Below, piece after piece: positions 1 to 10,421 of a stretch of DNA of 64,000 nucleotides. The position numbers and the translations under genes were made by a program. Under the pieces are notes generated by a model, which worked only from the letters and a program-made list of their open reading frames with translations, ran no database searches and had not been told where the DNA came from. This DNA is from Dehalococcoidales bacterium (GTDB taxonomy: Bacteria; Chloroflexota; Dehalococcoidia; Dehalococcoidales; JAUWZL01). Numbering within the stretch: the stretch's first letter is position 1; every line of letters starts with the position of its first letter. The stretch is taken from positions 581 through 64,580 of the forward strand of contig DAOUMC010000019.1 of NCBI GenBank assembly GCA_034413595.1. Reading direction: 5' to 3'.

Positions 1-666
1 GAAGCCGGTGCCGCCGCCGCTTTTGTGGATGAGAGCGGTGTTCTTTACCGTCTCAAAGATGGACTCCATGGAGTCCTCAATGGGCAGGACGAAGCAGGCG
101 GAAAGCTGACCCAGCTCCCGGCCGGCGTTCATCAGGGTGGGTGAATTGGGCAAGAACTCGAGGCTGACCATAAGCCGGTAGAACTCCTCCTCCCAGTGCC
201 CGGCGTCTATCTTGGGATTATAGACAAGCTCGGCCGAGGCGATGGTCTGAGCCACCCGGCGGAACATCTCCTCCGGTGTCTCAATGATCTTCCCCTCCCT
301 GTCCTTCCTGAGGTATCTCCGCTCCAGAACCTGGAGCGCATTCGGGGTAAGACTGACACCGTAAACGGCGGGGGTCTTTGCCTTGTCTTTCATAGATGGT
401 TCCTCCCGTTCATAACCTTCTCTTGTCTCATCTTCAGCCAGAAACTCTTTCACCAGGGTAAGGATTTCAAACTCACTGGTCGGCCGGGCTTGCTTAAGGG
501 TCTTAGACACCAGATGTTCCATGCCAGGTAGTGCCTGAGGTCTCTCCAGCCGCTCAATCACCTGGCTGGTCAGCCGCTCAATGCGGCTCCTGTCAGAGAT
601 TCCCATTGACGCCGCCGCCGAAAAGATAATCCTGGCAATCTGGGTGCGGTTGACCGGCTGGCTCAT
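1..666 (-). CDS. nrdJ: Class II (adenosylcobalamin-dependent) ribonucleotide reductase, first 222 codons; gene continues past the left edge
   Basis: My reverse-strand translation from ATG 664-666 gives [24 protein letters not shown] and [34 protein letters not shown], which I recognise as class II RNR motifs. The start overlaps the nrdR stop (ATGA). It is not in the ORF track because it is open at position 1. Confidence 0.8.
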   Translation of the reverse strand, partial: MSQPVNRTQIARIIFSAAASMGISDRSRIERLTSQVIERLERPQALPGMEHLVSKTLKQARPTSEFEILTLVKEFLAEDETREGYEREEPSMKDKAKTPAVYGVSLTPNALQVLERRYLRKDREGKIIETPEEMFRRVAQTIASAELVYNPKIDAGHWEEEFYRLMVSLEFLPNSPTLMNAGRELGQLSACFVLPIEDSMESIFETVKNTALIHKSGGGTGF

Positions 667-1202
667 TTTCTTCCCCCGCGATGACCCCTGGCCATCGCCC
701 CTGATTTTTCGTCCGGCAGGAGGGACAGCTGGCTGCCGGGCTGGGTAGCCCCGGCGCCGGCGCTGACCAGGGTATCCACCTCCTGCTTTAAGTCGGTGAT
801 GTCGGCAAAATCACGGTAGACCGAAGCAAAGCGGATATAGGCGATGTAGTCCAGGCGCCTCAACCCTTCCATGACCATATCGCCAATAATGGAGCTGGCG
901 ACTTCGGCCCGGCCCATCTGATATAGCTCGGCCTCTATATCGTCAGCCAGTCGCTCAACAGCCCCGGCTTGCAGGGGCCGTTTCTCACAGGCCTTGCGAA
1001 TACCGGCCAGCAACTTGCCCTTGCTAAACTCCTCGCGCCTCTGGTCTTTTTTGACCACAAAAAGGCTGGCCGGCAGCACTTTCTCGTAGGTAGTGAAACG
1101 GGAGTTACAGTCAAGGCACTGACGGCGGCGCCTTACGCCACTATTGACATCACGGGAGTCTATAACTCTGGAACTGACGCTGCTACAATAGGGACACTTC
1201 AT
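663..1202 (-). CDS. nrdR: Transcriptional repressor NrdR (zinc ribbon + ATP-cone)
   Basis: MKCPYCSS...[12 protein letters not shown] zinc ribbon followed by an ATP-cone ([13 protein letters not shown]). It sits directly upstream of an RNR gene. Confidence 0.93.
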   Translation of the reverse strand: MKCPYCSSVSSRVIDSRDVNSGVRRRRQCLDCNSRFTTYEKVLPASLFVVKKDQRREEFSKGKLLAGIRKACEKRPLQAGAVERLADDIEAELYQMGRAEVASSIIGDMVMEGLRRLDYIAYIRFASVYRDFADITDLKQEVDTLVSAGAGATQPGSQLSLLPDEKSGAMARGHRGGRK

Positions 1203-1209
1203 GACGATA

Positions 1210-1263
1210 ACTCAAGTTATAGTATGCTGAGGCTAAGATACCACAACATATAGTATTTGTCAA
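1210..1263 (-). promoter_or_regulatory. nrdR-nrdJ promoter with two NrdR boxes
   Basis: On the minus strand: TTGACA (1258-1263), a 17-nt spacer, then TATCTT (1235-1240). Box ATACTATATGTTGTGG (1241-1256) fills the spacer and box ATACTATAACTTGAGT (1210-1225) lies 31 nt downstream. They match 13/16 and 12/16 positions of the NrdR-box consensus acaCwAtATaTwGtgt as I recall it. Confidence 0.6.
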
Positions 1264-1338
1264 GCCTTAGGCAACCCTATATCAGTAACAGATTCACCCT
1301 GAATTATCTTACTATCCTTAGGGGAGATAATAATCAAT

Positions 1339-1367
1339 GAGGGGCTTACACCCCTCTCAGACGCCCC
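1339..1367 (+). repeat. 29-nt hairpin element, copy A (GAGGGGCTTACACCCCTCTCAGACGCCCC)
   Basis: Stem GAGGGG/CCCCTC. 24 of 29 nt are identical to the reverse-strand copy at 61345-61373. Confidence 0.55.
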
Positions 1368-1381
1368 AATATTTACCAAAA

Positions 1382-1419
1382 GCAAGAAGGCCGTGGCACC
1401 GGTGCCACGGCCTTCTTGC
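1382..1419 (-). terminator. Intrinsic terminator of ftsZ (perfect 38-bp palindrome)
   Basis: GCAAGAAGGCCGTGGCACC/GGTGCCACGGCCTTCTTGC is a perfect inverted repeat. On the minus strand it is followed by TTTTGG and lies 17 nt after the ftsZ stop. Confidence 0.75.
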
Positions 1420-1435
1420 CAGTCTAGTTATTAAC

Positions 1436-2563
1436 CTAACAAAACCTGACCCTGGTTTCTGGCTTAATAACCTTGTCAGCAGGAATCGTCGTCTGGCGGC
1501 GGCTAAAGAGCGGACGCCTCAGGAAAGAGGGCACATCCAGCTCGTCCTCGGTTTTGATGTTCTTAAGCTGCCTGGTAAGCTCATCCGCCTCTGTGTCCTG
1601 GTTAAACTCCGTCTTGGTAACAAAGCCGGTGGCAATCAGGGTAATCCTTACTTCCTCATTCATATTGGAGTTATGAGCTACACCGAAGATGATGTTGGCG
1701 TCCGGGTCTACCGCCTTTTTGATTATGTCGGCAGCCTCGTTGACCTCAAACAGGGTAAGGTCGTTACCACCAACGATATTGAACAGCACCCCTTTCGAGC
1801 CTTCGATAGTGACATCCAGAAGCGGGCTGGCCAGAGCTGACTTGGCGGCATCCACCGCCCGGTTCTTACCCGAACCGATGCCAATAGACATCCAGGCCGG
1901 GCCGGCATCCTTCATCACCGCCTTGACATCAGCGAAGTCAAGATTGATCATCCCCGGGACGGTGATGACCTCAGAGATAGCCTGAACGCCATGTCTGAGG
2001 ACATCGTCAGCCATCTGGAAAGCATTGTCCACGGCACACTTCTGGTCACAGAGGTCAAGCAGCCGGTCATTGGGGATAATGATAAGGGTATCAACCTTGC
2101 TCAACAGCTTGGAAATACCTTCCTTGGCCACCTCACCGCGGTGAACGCCCTCAAAAGTGAAGGGCTTGGTAACCACGGCAATGGTAAGAGCCCCGCCATC
2201 CTTGGCCACTTCAGCAATAACAGGGGCAGCCCCGGTGCCAGTGCCACCACCCATGCCGGCGGTGACAAACACCATGTCAGAGCCCGAGACCAGCTCCTTG
2301 AGGTCATCACGATTTTCCTCAGCCGCTCTCTGCCCCATATTGTGGTCACCACCAACCCCCAGCCCCCGGGTAAGCTTCTCTCCGAGCTGGATGCGGGTCG
2401 GGGCTTCGGTAATGGCCAGGGCTTGGGCATCAGTATTCATGGCGATAAATTCCACTCCCTGAATCTCTTCCCTGACCATGCGGGTAACGGCGTTGCAACC
2501 TCCGCCGCCAAGACCGATAACCTTAATCCTGGCCGGATTGGGAACAAAGCTTGTCTTTGCCAT
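1436..2563 (-). CDS. ftsZ: Cell division GTPase FtsZ
   Basis: IKVIGLGGGGCNAV and GGGTGTGAAPV tubulin signature. Confidence 0.97.
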   Translation of the reverse strand: MAKTSFVPNPARIKVIGLGGGGCNAVTRMVREEIQGVEFIAMNTDAQALAITEAPTRIQLGEKLTRGLGVGGDHNMGQRAAEENRDDLKELVSGSDMVFVTAGMGGGTGTGAAPVIAEVAKDGGALTIAVVTKPFTFEGVHRGEVAKEGISKLLSKVDTLIIIPNDRLLDLCDQKCAVDNAFQMADDVLRHGVQAISEVITVPGMINLDFADVKAVMKDAGPAWMSIGIGSGKNRAVDAAKSALASPLLDVTIEGSKGVLFNIVGGNDLTLFEVNEAADIIKKAVDPDANIIFGVAHNSNMNEEVRITLIATGFVTKTEFNQDTEADELTRQLKNIKTEDELDVPSFLRRPLFSRRQTTIPADKVIKPETRVRFC

Positions 2564-2595
2564 TTCCTTCTCTCCTTTCTACCTAATTTCTGAAC

Positions 2596-3813
2596 CTAGC
2601 GAAACAGTTTTCTGAGCCTGAAAGCTACCTGGCGTATCCGGGAACCGAACCAGCCACCGCGCCACTTGTGATTATTCCGGTTCTTGGCCCCCCAGAGCAG
2701 CAGGCCGACACTGGTGGCATAGGCCGGGTCACGAATGGCGTCAGTTATCCCTGTAATGTGGGTGGGAATACCCACTCTAACCGGCAGCCTCAGTATCTCG
2801 CGCCCCAGAGTCTCCATACCCGACAGATTTGAGCTACCACCGGTAAGCACCAGTCCTGCCGGAACCAGTGATTCATAATCCGAACGGGGTAACTCAAGCA
2901 GAATTAGCCTCAGGATTTCCTCAACCCGGGCACGGATAATATCGCACAGGTCCTGATAGGATATGCCATGCCCGTCCTCTGATATCGGACTGGTAGTTTC
3001 CATCCTGCTCTCGTAGACCGGCATGACACTGCCATACCTCTTTTTCATCTCCTCAGCCACCTCAAATGGCAGCCCCAGACCAATGGCGATATCCCGGGTA
3101 AGCTGGTAACCGGCCACTGGCAGAATGGCGGTGTGCCAGATGCTTCCGTCTTTAAAAACACAGATATCGGTAGTACCACCGCCGATATCAGCCAGAATCA
3201 CTCCTACCTGTTTCTCGTCCTCGGTGAGCACCGCCTCGCTTGAGGCCAAGGGCTCCAGCACCATATCATCAATGTCTATACTGAGGCTGCGAATACACTT
3301 CACCAGGTTCTGGATTGAGGTTGCGGCTGCGGTAATAATGTGTGTCTCCACATCCAGCCTGAAGCCATACATTCCCACCGGGTTCTTAACCCCTACCTGA
3401 CCATCAACGGCATAACCCCGCGGGATGACATGCAACAGCTGCCTGTCATTGGGTACGCTGATGTTGTGGGCGTTGTTCAACACCCGCCGCAGGTCATCGG
3501 GCCGCACCAGCCGGTCATTCCGCGTGATGGCCACTACCCCGTGGTTGTTTACCGAGTTCACGTGACGCCCGGTAACACCGACATAGGCCGAGTCCACCTT
3601 GTAGTTGCACGACTGCTCCGCCTTTACCACCGAGTCTCTGATTGCCCCTTTGGCATCGTTGATGTTGACCACCAGGCCCTTGTGCAAACCGTGTGACGGC
3701 GTGACACCAACACCGACAACCCGGACACCGAAGGATTCGTCTACCTCAGCGATCGTGGTACATACCTTGGTGGTGCCAACATCAATTGAAGTTATAGTCG
3801 TCCGCTTTGCCAT
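2596..3813 (-). CDS. ftsA: Cell division protein FtsA (actin-like ATPase)
   Basis: SIDVGTTKV and DIGGGTTD actin-fold phosphate motifs. It lies immediately upstream of ftsZ. Confidence 0.92.
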   Translation of the reverse strand: MAKRTTITSIDVGTTKVCTTIAEVDESFGVRVVGVGVTPSHGLHKGLVVNINDAKGAIRDSVVKAEQSCNYKVDSAYVGVTGRHVNSVNNHGVVAITRNDRLVRPDDLRRVLNNAHNISVPNDRQLLHVIPRGYAVDGQVGVKNPVGMYGFRLDVETHIITAAATSIQNLVKCIRSLSIDIDDMVLEPLASSEAVLTEDEKQVGVILADIGGGTTDICVFKDGSIWHTAILPVAGYQLTRDIAIGLGLPFEVAEEMKKRYGSVMPVYESRMETTSPISEDGHGISYQDLCDIIRARVEEILRLILLELPRSDYESLVPAGLVLTGGSSNLSGMETLGREILRLPVRVGIPTHITGITDAIRDPAYATSVGLLLWGAKNRNNHKWRGGWFGSRIRQVAFRLRKLFR

Positions 3814-3911
3814 CTGTCTCCTCCTTTTTTATAGACCATATTTTTTACTTCCTTGAGTTACTTCTACCCTCACATCTCTAAAACCTCCTCCTCCTAGAAG
3901 TTACAAACCCA

Positions 3912-4964
3912 TCATCCGGCTAGTGAAGAAGCCCCGAGGACTTCCTTCAAAAGAGACGGTTTTCGCCACATTCCGGCAGTGTCATCACCCAGACAGCACA
4001 GCTTCTCAGCCGTCTCACGCCATTCACTGTCAGTTATGATTCGTTCAGCAGCTCTCAATCTGGCACTGCGAGCCCGTGGATTAGCCCGGACCTCGGCCGG
4101 GGAGGGAACAATAACCCTCCGGTTAACCAGCCTGAGCCGAGCGGTGTGGTGGCAGGTGCAGACAGGAATATCCGGGGGGCAGATACAGTCCCGCGACTCC
4201 TGCTTAAGGAATCTCTTGACAATCCTGTCCTCAAGAGAATGATAGCTGATGACCACCAGTCTGCCCTCAAACCCAAGCAGGCCAACCGCCTGCTTGAGGG
4301 CCGACTCCAGATGCTCCAGCTCATCATTAACCACGATTCTTAGCGCCTGGAAGGTCCTGGTGGCGGGATGGAGTCTGCCCCTTCTTGAGCCGACGGCCTT
4401 GTCTATCACCCGGGCTAGCTCAAGGGTGGTTTTTATGGGACGCTCTTTGACAATACCCCTGGCTATCCGGTGGCTCAAGCCCTCTTCGCCAAATCTCTTT
4501 ATAAGTCGGGACAGTTCAACCTCAGGATAGGTGTTAACGATATCGGCAGCGGTCAGCTTCTGGCCGGGGCTGAAACGCATATCCAGAGGGGCATCATACT
4601 GGAAACTGAAGCCGCGGCCGGTACCACCCAGCTGCCAGGAGGAAAGCCCCAAGTCAAAAAGGATGCCGTTAACCGGCACGAAATCGTGCTTAAGGCAGAT
4701 AGCCTCCAGGCGGGCAAAGTTATCATTGATAATAAGAACTGAGTTGCCATAGGCTTTAAGTCTGGCCCGGGCTACCTTTACTGCTTCAGGGTCGGCATCA
4801 ATGCCCAGTAACTGACCACCGGCTGAGCTGTGCCCCAAGATAGCTGCGGCATGCCCGCCGCCATCAATGGTGGCGTCAATATAACGGCCACCAGGCCAAA
4901 CAGCCAGAGTCTCAATGGCCTCATCTAGCAGCACCGGAATATGAACCGGCAGTGTCGCCTCCAC
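3912..4964 (-). CDS. rsmH: 16S rRNA m4C1402 methyltransferase RsmH (MraW)
   Basis: [27 protein letters not shown] and [11 protein letters not shown] motifs. It follows mraZ. Confidence 0.93.
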   Translation of the reverse strand: MEATLPVHIPVLLDEAIETLAVWPGGRYIDATIDGGGHAAAILGHSSAGGQLLGIDADPEAVKVARARLKAYGNSVLIINDNFARLEAICLKHDFVPVNGILFDLGLSSWQLGGTGRGFSFQYDAPLDMRFSPGQKLTAADIVNTYPEVELSRLIKRFGEEGLSHRIARGIVKERPIKTTLELARVIDKAVGSRRGRLHPATRTFQALRIVVNDELEHLESALKQAVGLLGFEGRLVVISYHSLEDRIVKRFLKQESRDCICPPDIPVCTCHHTARLRLVNRRVIVPSPAEVRANPRARSARLRAAERIITDSEWRETAEKLCCLGDDTAGMWRKPSLLKEVLGASSLAG

Positions 4965-4973
4965 AAGAACCCC

Positions 4974-5399
4974 TTACTTATTCTCTAGACTTTCTATTAT
5001 CTGCCACGCCTGTTGCTGGCTAGCAGCTTTTTCCTCTTGCCAGAGGCTCTTATTCCAGAGCTCAAGGTACTGATTGGCTCCGGCGATAACTACCTCATCC
5101 TCAATCCCGGCGTAGTCCCTCAGCGGGGCCGGCAGACTGATTCTACCCTGTCCATCTATATTGAGGTAAAAGGCAGAGGCAAACAGGGCCCGGTTCAGCC
5201 GTCTCAGTTTACTCCGGGCGATTGAGCCTCCGGTGAGTTCCGTCGCCAGACGCTTCCACTCGGCAAGGGGGTAGGCAGTGATGCACTTCTCGATGCCGGG
5301 CGCCAGCACCGCTCCTTCCTTGAGATAGGTTCTAAAACGGGGCGGTAGGGGTACCCTGCCCTTTTCATCAATCTTATATTCAAACTCACCAAAAAACAT
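4974..5399 (-). CDS. mraZ: Transcriptional regulator MraZ
   Basis: MFFGEFEYKIDEKGRVPLP and a second DGQGRISLP SpoVT/AbrB-like repeat. Confidence 0.93.
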   Translation of the reverse strand: MFFGEFEYKIDEKGRVPLPPRFRTYLKEGAVLAPGIEKCITAYPLAEWKRLATELTGGSIARSKLRRLNRALFASAFYLNIDGQGRISLPAPLRDYAGIEDEVVIAGANQYLELWNKSLWQEEKAASQQQAWQIIESLENK

Positions 5400-5441
5400 C
5401 TCTGCCCTCAGCTAACTCTAATCGGAAATGATTTAGAAAAA

Positions 5442-5505
5442 CCCCAATTCCCCACTTTCTACCACTTTTAACCATTCTACAACACCTTGCCCTCTGTTTG
5501 TCAAT
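5442..5505 (-). promoter_or_regulatory. mraZ promoter region with three 10-bp-phased GTGGN repeats (candidate MraZ operator)
   Basis: The minus strand reads TTGACA (5500-5505), then about 19 nt, then TAGAAT (5475-5480), then GTGGT-agaaa-GTGGG-gaatt-GGGGT (5442-5466). This is the same layout as the E. coli TGGGN x3 operator with 5-nt spacers. The spacer length is non-ideal. Confidence 0.55.
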
Positions 5506-5598
5506 ACTTTTCGGAGCAATTTTTACAAATTTCGGCTACTTTGCTGGAGGCTATATGTATGGTAAAATAGTACTCTTAAAGCCCGATAGGAGTGACAA

Positions 5599-6345
5599 GT
5601 GCGTATCGACATCCTGAGTCTGTTTCCACAGATGTTTGAAGGACCGTTCGGCAGTGGTATCATCCAGAGAGCTATCAGCAAGGGTCTGATTGAGATTGGC
5701 ATCCACAACATCCGGGACTGGGCCCACGATAAACACCGCACCGTCGACGACTACCCCTATGGCGGTGGTGCTGGCATGATACTGAAGCCAGAACCCGTCT
5801 TTGAAGCCGTTGAGCAGATAAGAGGAGAGGCGGAGCTGCCCATCATCTTGCTCAGCCCCCAGGGGCGTCTATTCTCCCAGGCCATAGCCCGGGAGCTGGC
5901 AGGGTATGACTGGATTATGCTCATCTGCGGGCATTATGAAGGTGTTGACGAGCGGATTCGTCAGCACCTGGCCACAGACGAAATCAGCATCGGTGACTAT
6001 GTCCTGAGCGGAGGGGAGATAGCGGCTATGGTGATTGTGGATGCTGTCGCCAGGCTGATACCGGGAGTCCTCGGTTCCCAAGACTCAATCGCCGAAGATT
6101 CTCACACCGACGGCCTCCTTGAGTATCCTCACTACACCCGCCCGGCGGTATACCGCGGCTGGGCAGTACCCGAGGTCTTGCTCTCGGGAAACCACGCCCG
6201 GATTGCCGCCTGGCGCCGTGAGCAGGCCATCCGGCGCACCTTCAAGCGCCGCCCGGAGCTGATTGATAAAGCCGAGCTGAGTTTGAAGGAGAGGCGTCTG
6301 GTCAGCCGTCTGTCAGACCCCCCAGCCACACAACTTGATAAATGA
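5599..6345 (+). CDS. trmD: tRNA (guanine37-N1)-methyltransferase TrmD
   Basis: [13 protein letters not shown] and [11 protein letters not shown] motifs. GTG start with an AGGAG SD. Confidence 0.95.
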   Translation: MRIDILSLFPQMFEGPFGSGIIQRAISKGLIEIGIHNIRDWAHDKHRTVDDYPYGGGAGMILKPEPVFEAVEQIRGEAELPIILLSPQGRLFSQAIARELAGYDWIMLICGHYEGVDERIRQHLATDEISIGDYVLSGGEIAAMVIVDAVARLIPGVLGSQDSIAEDSHTDGLLEYPHYTRPAVYRGWAVPEVLLSGNHARIAAWRREQAIRRTFKRRPELIDKAELSLKERRLVSRLSDPPATQLDK

Positions 6346-6383
6346 CCGAGTTAATGATTTACTTTGAACAAGGAGTTTAAAGA

Positions 6384-6767
6384 ATGAATATGGCATCTCT
6401 TGCCCCGACAAAAACAAATCCCCACATCGCTGTCCCATCCCCGGGTGACACCGTTAAGGTCAGTGCCAAGATTGTGGAAGGGGGAAAGGAACGCATCCAG
6501 GTGTTCCAGGGGGTGGTAACCAGGCTCCGTCACGGCGCTGACGGCGGTAATTTCACCGTAAGGCGGGTTGCCTACGGCGTCGGTGTCGAGCGCACTTTCC
6601 CTTTCCTATCACCCAGGGTTGAGAAGCTAGAGGTAATACGCCACGGAAAGGTTCGCCGGGCCAAGCTCTATTACCTGCGTCACCTGAGCGGCAAAGCCGC
6701 CCGTATCAAGGAAAAGCGGGGGGTCAAGGAAAAACAACCTGAATTAGAGCCGAAGCCGGACGAATGA
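6384..6767 (+). CDS. rplS: 50S ribosomal protein L19
   Basis: [25 protein letters not shown] and RRAKLYYLR motifs. trmD-rplS is a conserved pair. Confidence 0.95.
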   Translation: MNMASLAPTKTNPHIAVPSPGDTVKVSAKIVEGGKERIQVFQGVVTRLRHGADGGNFTVRRVAYGVGVERTFPFLSPRVEKLEVIRHGKVRRAKLYYLRHLSGKAARIKEKRGVKEKQPELEPKPDE

Positions 6768-6816
6768 AAAAGACCGCTGGAACTGACCCACCAGGCGATA
6801 AGCCTATATTCCAGCT

Positions 6817-9257
<2,441 letters not shown>

Positions 9258-9261
<4 letters not shown>

Positions 9262-9536
9262 AATCCGGATGACAACCCTTCTCCAAAAGTGGAGGCAGCC
9301 GCCTCATCAGGGACAAAATAGAAAAGGTCATCCAGCCTGTACTGGGGGAAAGCTCTCACTGCGCCGACAATAAACTTCTGGTTGATACTCCGCTTGCCCT
9401 CCTTGACCCGATAAATCTGGCTCACCGATATTCCCATGGCATGGGCAAGCTGTGATAGGTTTCTGTAGTTAGAGTCTTTCAGGTCAAAAACTCTCGTCTT
9501 TACTATCATAGTCGCATCTCTAAGACTATAGGCCAT
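9258..9536 (-). CDS. Small XRE-family HTH protein
   Basis: LSQLAHAMGISVSQIYRVKEGKR helix-turn-helix. The candidate -10 element abuts the first ATG, so the true start may be the in-frame ATG at 9507-9509. Confidence 0.7.
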
Positions 9537-9565
9537 AATATAGCCTATATTATGCCTTTTGTCAA
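9527..9565 (-). promoter_or_regulatory. Promoter of the minus-strand XRE gene with an overlapping inverted repeat
   Basis: On the minus strand: TTGACA (9560-9565), 17 nt, then TATATT (9537-9542). The inverted repeat TATAGGC-N9-GCCTATA (9527-9549) covers the -10 and the first ATG. Confidence 0.45.
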
Positions 9566-9701
9566 TACTTTTAAAAGGAGATTTCTATTTTGAGTCAAAA
9601 TAAATGCCATATGGCGTCAAGTCCCGTCAGGTTTTCCAGTCCTTTAAACGGACAGCAGGGAATACCACTCTGCTTCAAACCGGCCTGACTACATTGCCTC
9701 T

Positions 9702-9759
9702 AGTCAATAAAATTCTTTAGTTATATCCTATTGACTTTTGCCATTTGGCTAATTATAAT
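9702..9759 (+). promoter_or_regulatory. Promoter of the plus-strand XRE gene (TTGACT-17-TATAAT) with an AGTCAATA/TATTGACT inverted repeat
   Basis: TTGACT at 9731-9736 and TATAAT at 9754-9759. The 8-bp inverted-repeat arms are at 9702-9709 and 9729-9736. Confidence 0.5.
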
Positions 9760-9765
9760 TATGTC

Positions 9766-10164
9766 ATGAAAGAAAAGGGAATCGGGTTGGGCGAAATAAT
9801 CCGACAGCAGAGAGTCGCCATACCACTGACTTTGCAGGAGCTGGCCCAGAAAGCGGGGGTCTCTCCGTCTCATCTGGGACGGATGGAGAGGGGTGAGCGC
9901 TTCCCCTCAGCCCGGATTTTACGCCGGATTGCCAAGCCCCTGGGTTTTGATGAGGAAGAGCTTTTTACCCTGGCCGGCTATCTGTCTCCCCAGCCCAGCA
10001 CCCTGTCTGAGGCCCGGCCAAGCTACACCGGCCAGCGGCTAGACCCCTATGTGTCCAAGGTGCTTGCTCAGGAGCCGATTGAGATACAGCACGCCGTTAT
10101 CGGAGTCCTCGCCATGCTAAAGAGCATCGCCAAAGGAATGGTTAAAGAAAGCTCAAAGGTGTAA
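9766..10164 (+). CDS. XRE-family HTH transcriptional regulator (probably leaderless)
   Basis: LTLQELAQKAGVSPSHLGRMERGER helix-turn-helix. The track start (TTG 9745) would place the TATAAT box inside the gene. The ATG at 9766 lies 6 nt after the -10. Confidence 0.75.
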   Translation: MKEKGIGLGEIIRQQRVAIPLTLQELAQKAGVSPSHLGRMERGERFPSARILRRIAKPLGFDEEELFTLAGYLSPQPSTLSEARPSYTGQRLDPYVSKVLAQEPIEIQHAVIGVLAMLKSIAKGMVKESSKV

Positions 10165-10170
10165 GCACTC

Positions 10171-10379
10171 AATCGGCCAGGCGCTGTCTGGCTGGTGTTT
10201 CATCCCGTCATTACAGGCCCTTGACTTGCGTCATTCTGAGCCACGAAGAACCTCAAGGCGCTCAGGGCAGGCCCGCGAGGCAACCTCTTTTGACAGAGAT
10301 TGCCTTTCCCGATAAATCTGAGCCCGCAATGGCAGCCGCTATTAGATTCAACCGAGGCAGGATAGAGCCTTAATCGGCC
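10171..10379. mobile_element. MITE-like insertion flanked by an 8-bp direct repeat
   Basis: AATCGGCC occurs at 10171-10178 and again at 10372-10379. The imperfect terminal inverted repeats are AGGCGCTGTCTGGC (10179-10192) and GCAGGATAGAGCCT (10357-10370), matching 10/14 when reverse-complemented. There is an internal hairpin AGGCAACCTCT...AGAGATTGCCT and no ORF. Confidence 0.4.
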
Positions 10380-10382
10380 TGC

Positions 10383-10411
10383 TTGATAAATACAGGCTGG
10401 TGGAGTATAGT
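10383..10411 (+). promoter_or_regulatory. Promoter TTGATA-17-TATAGT for the nucleotidyltransferase gene
   Basis: The hexamers are at 10383-10388 and 10406-10411. The ATG follows 10 nt later. Confidence 0.45.
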
Positions 10412-10421
10412 TTATTTTCAG

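Noticed and set aside
1337-4752. Many 60-200-aa ORFs on the strand opposite to, or out of frame with, ftsZ, ftsA and rsmH. The same pattern occurs across priA, secD, herA, feoB, the CoxL-like gene and others.
   Set aside because: They lie entirely inside genes with unmistakable family motifs. They have Arg/Pro/Gly/Ser-rich compositions typical of antisense frames in GC-rich DNA, and they lack SDs.
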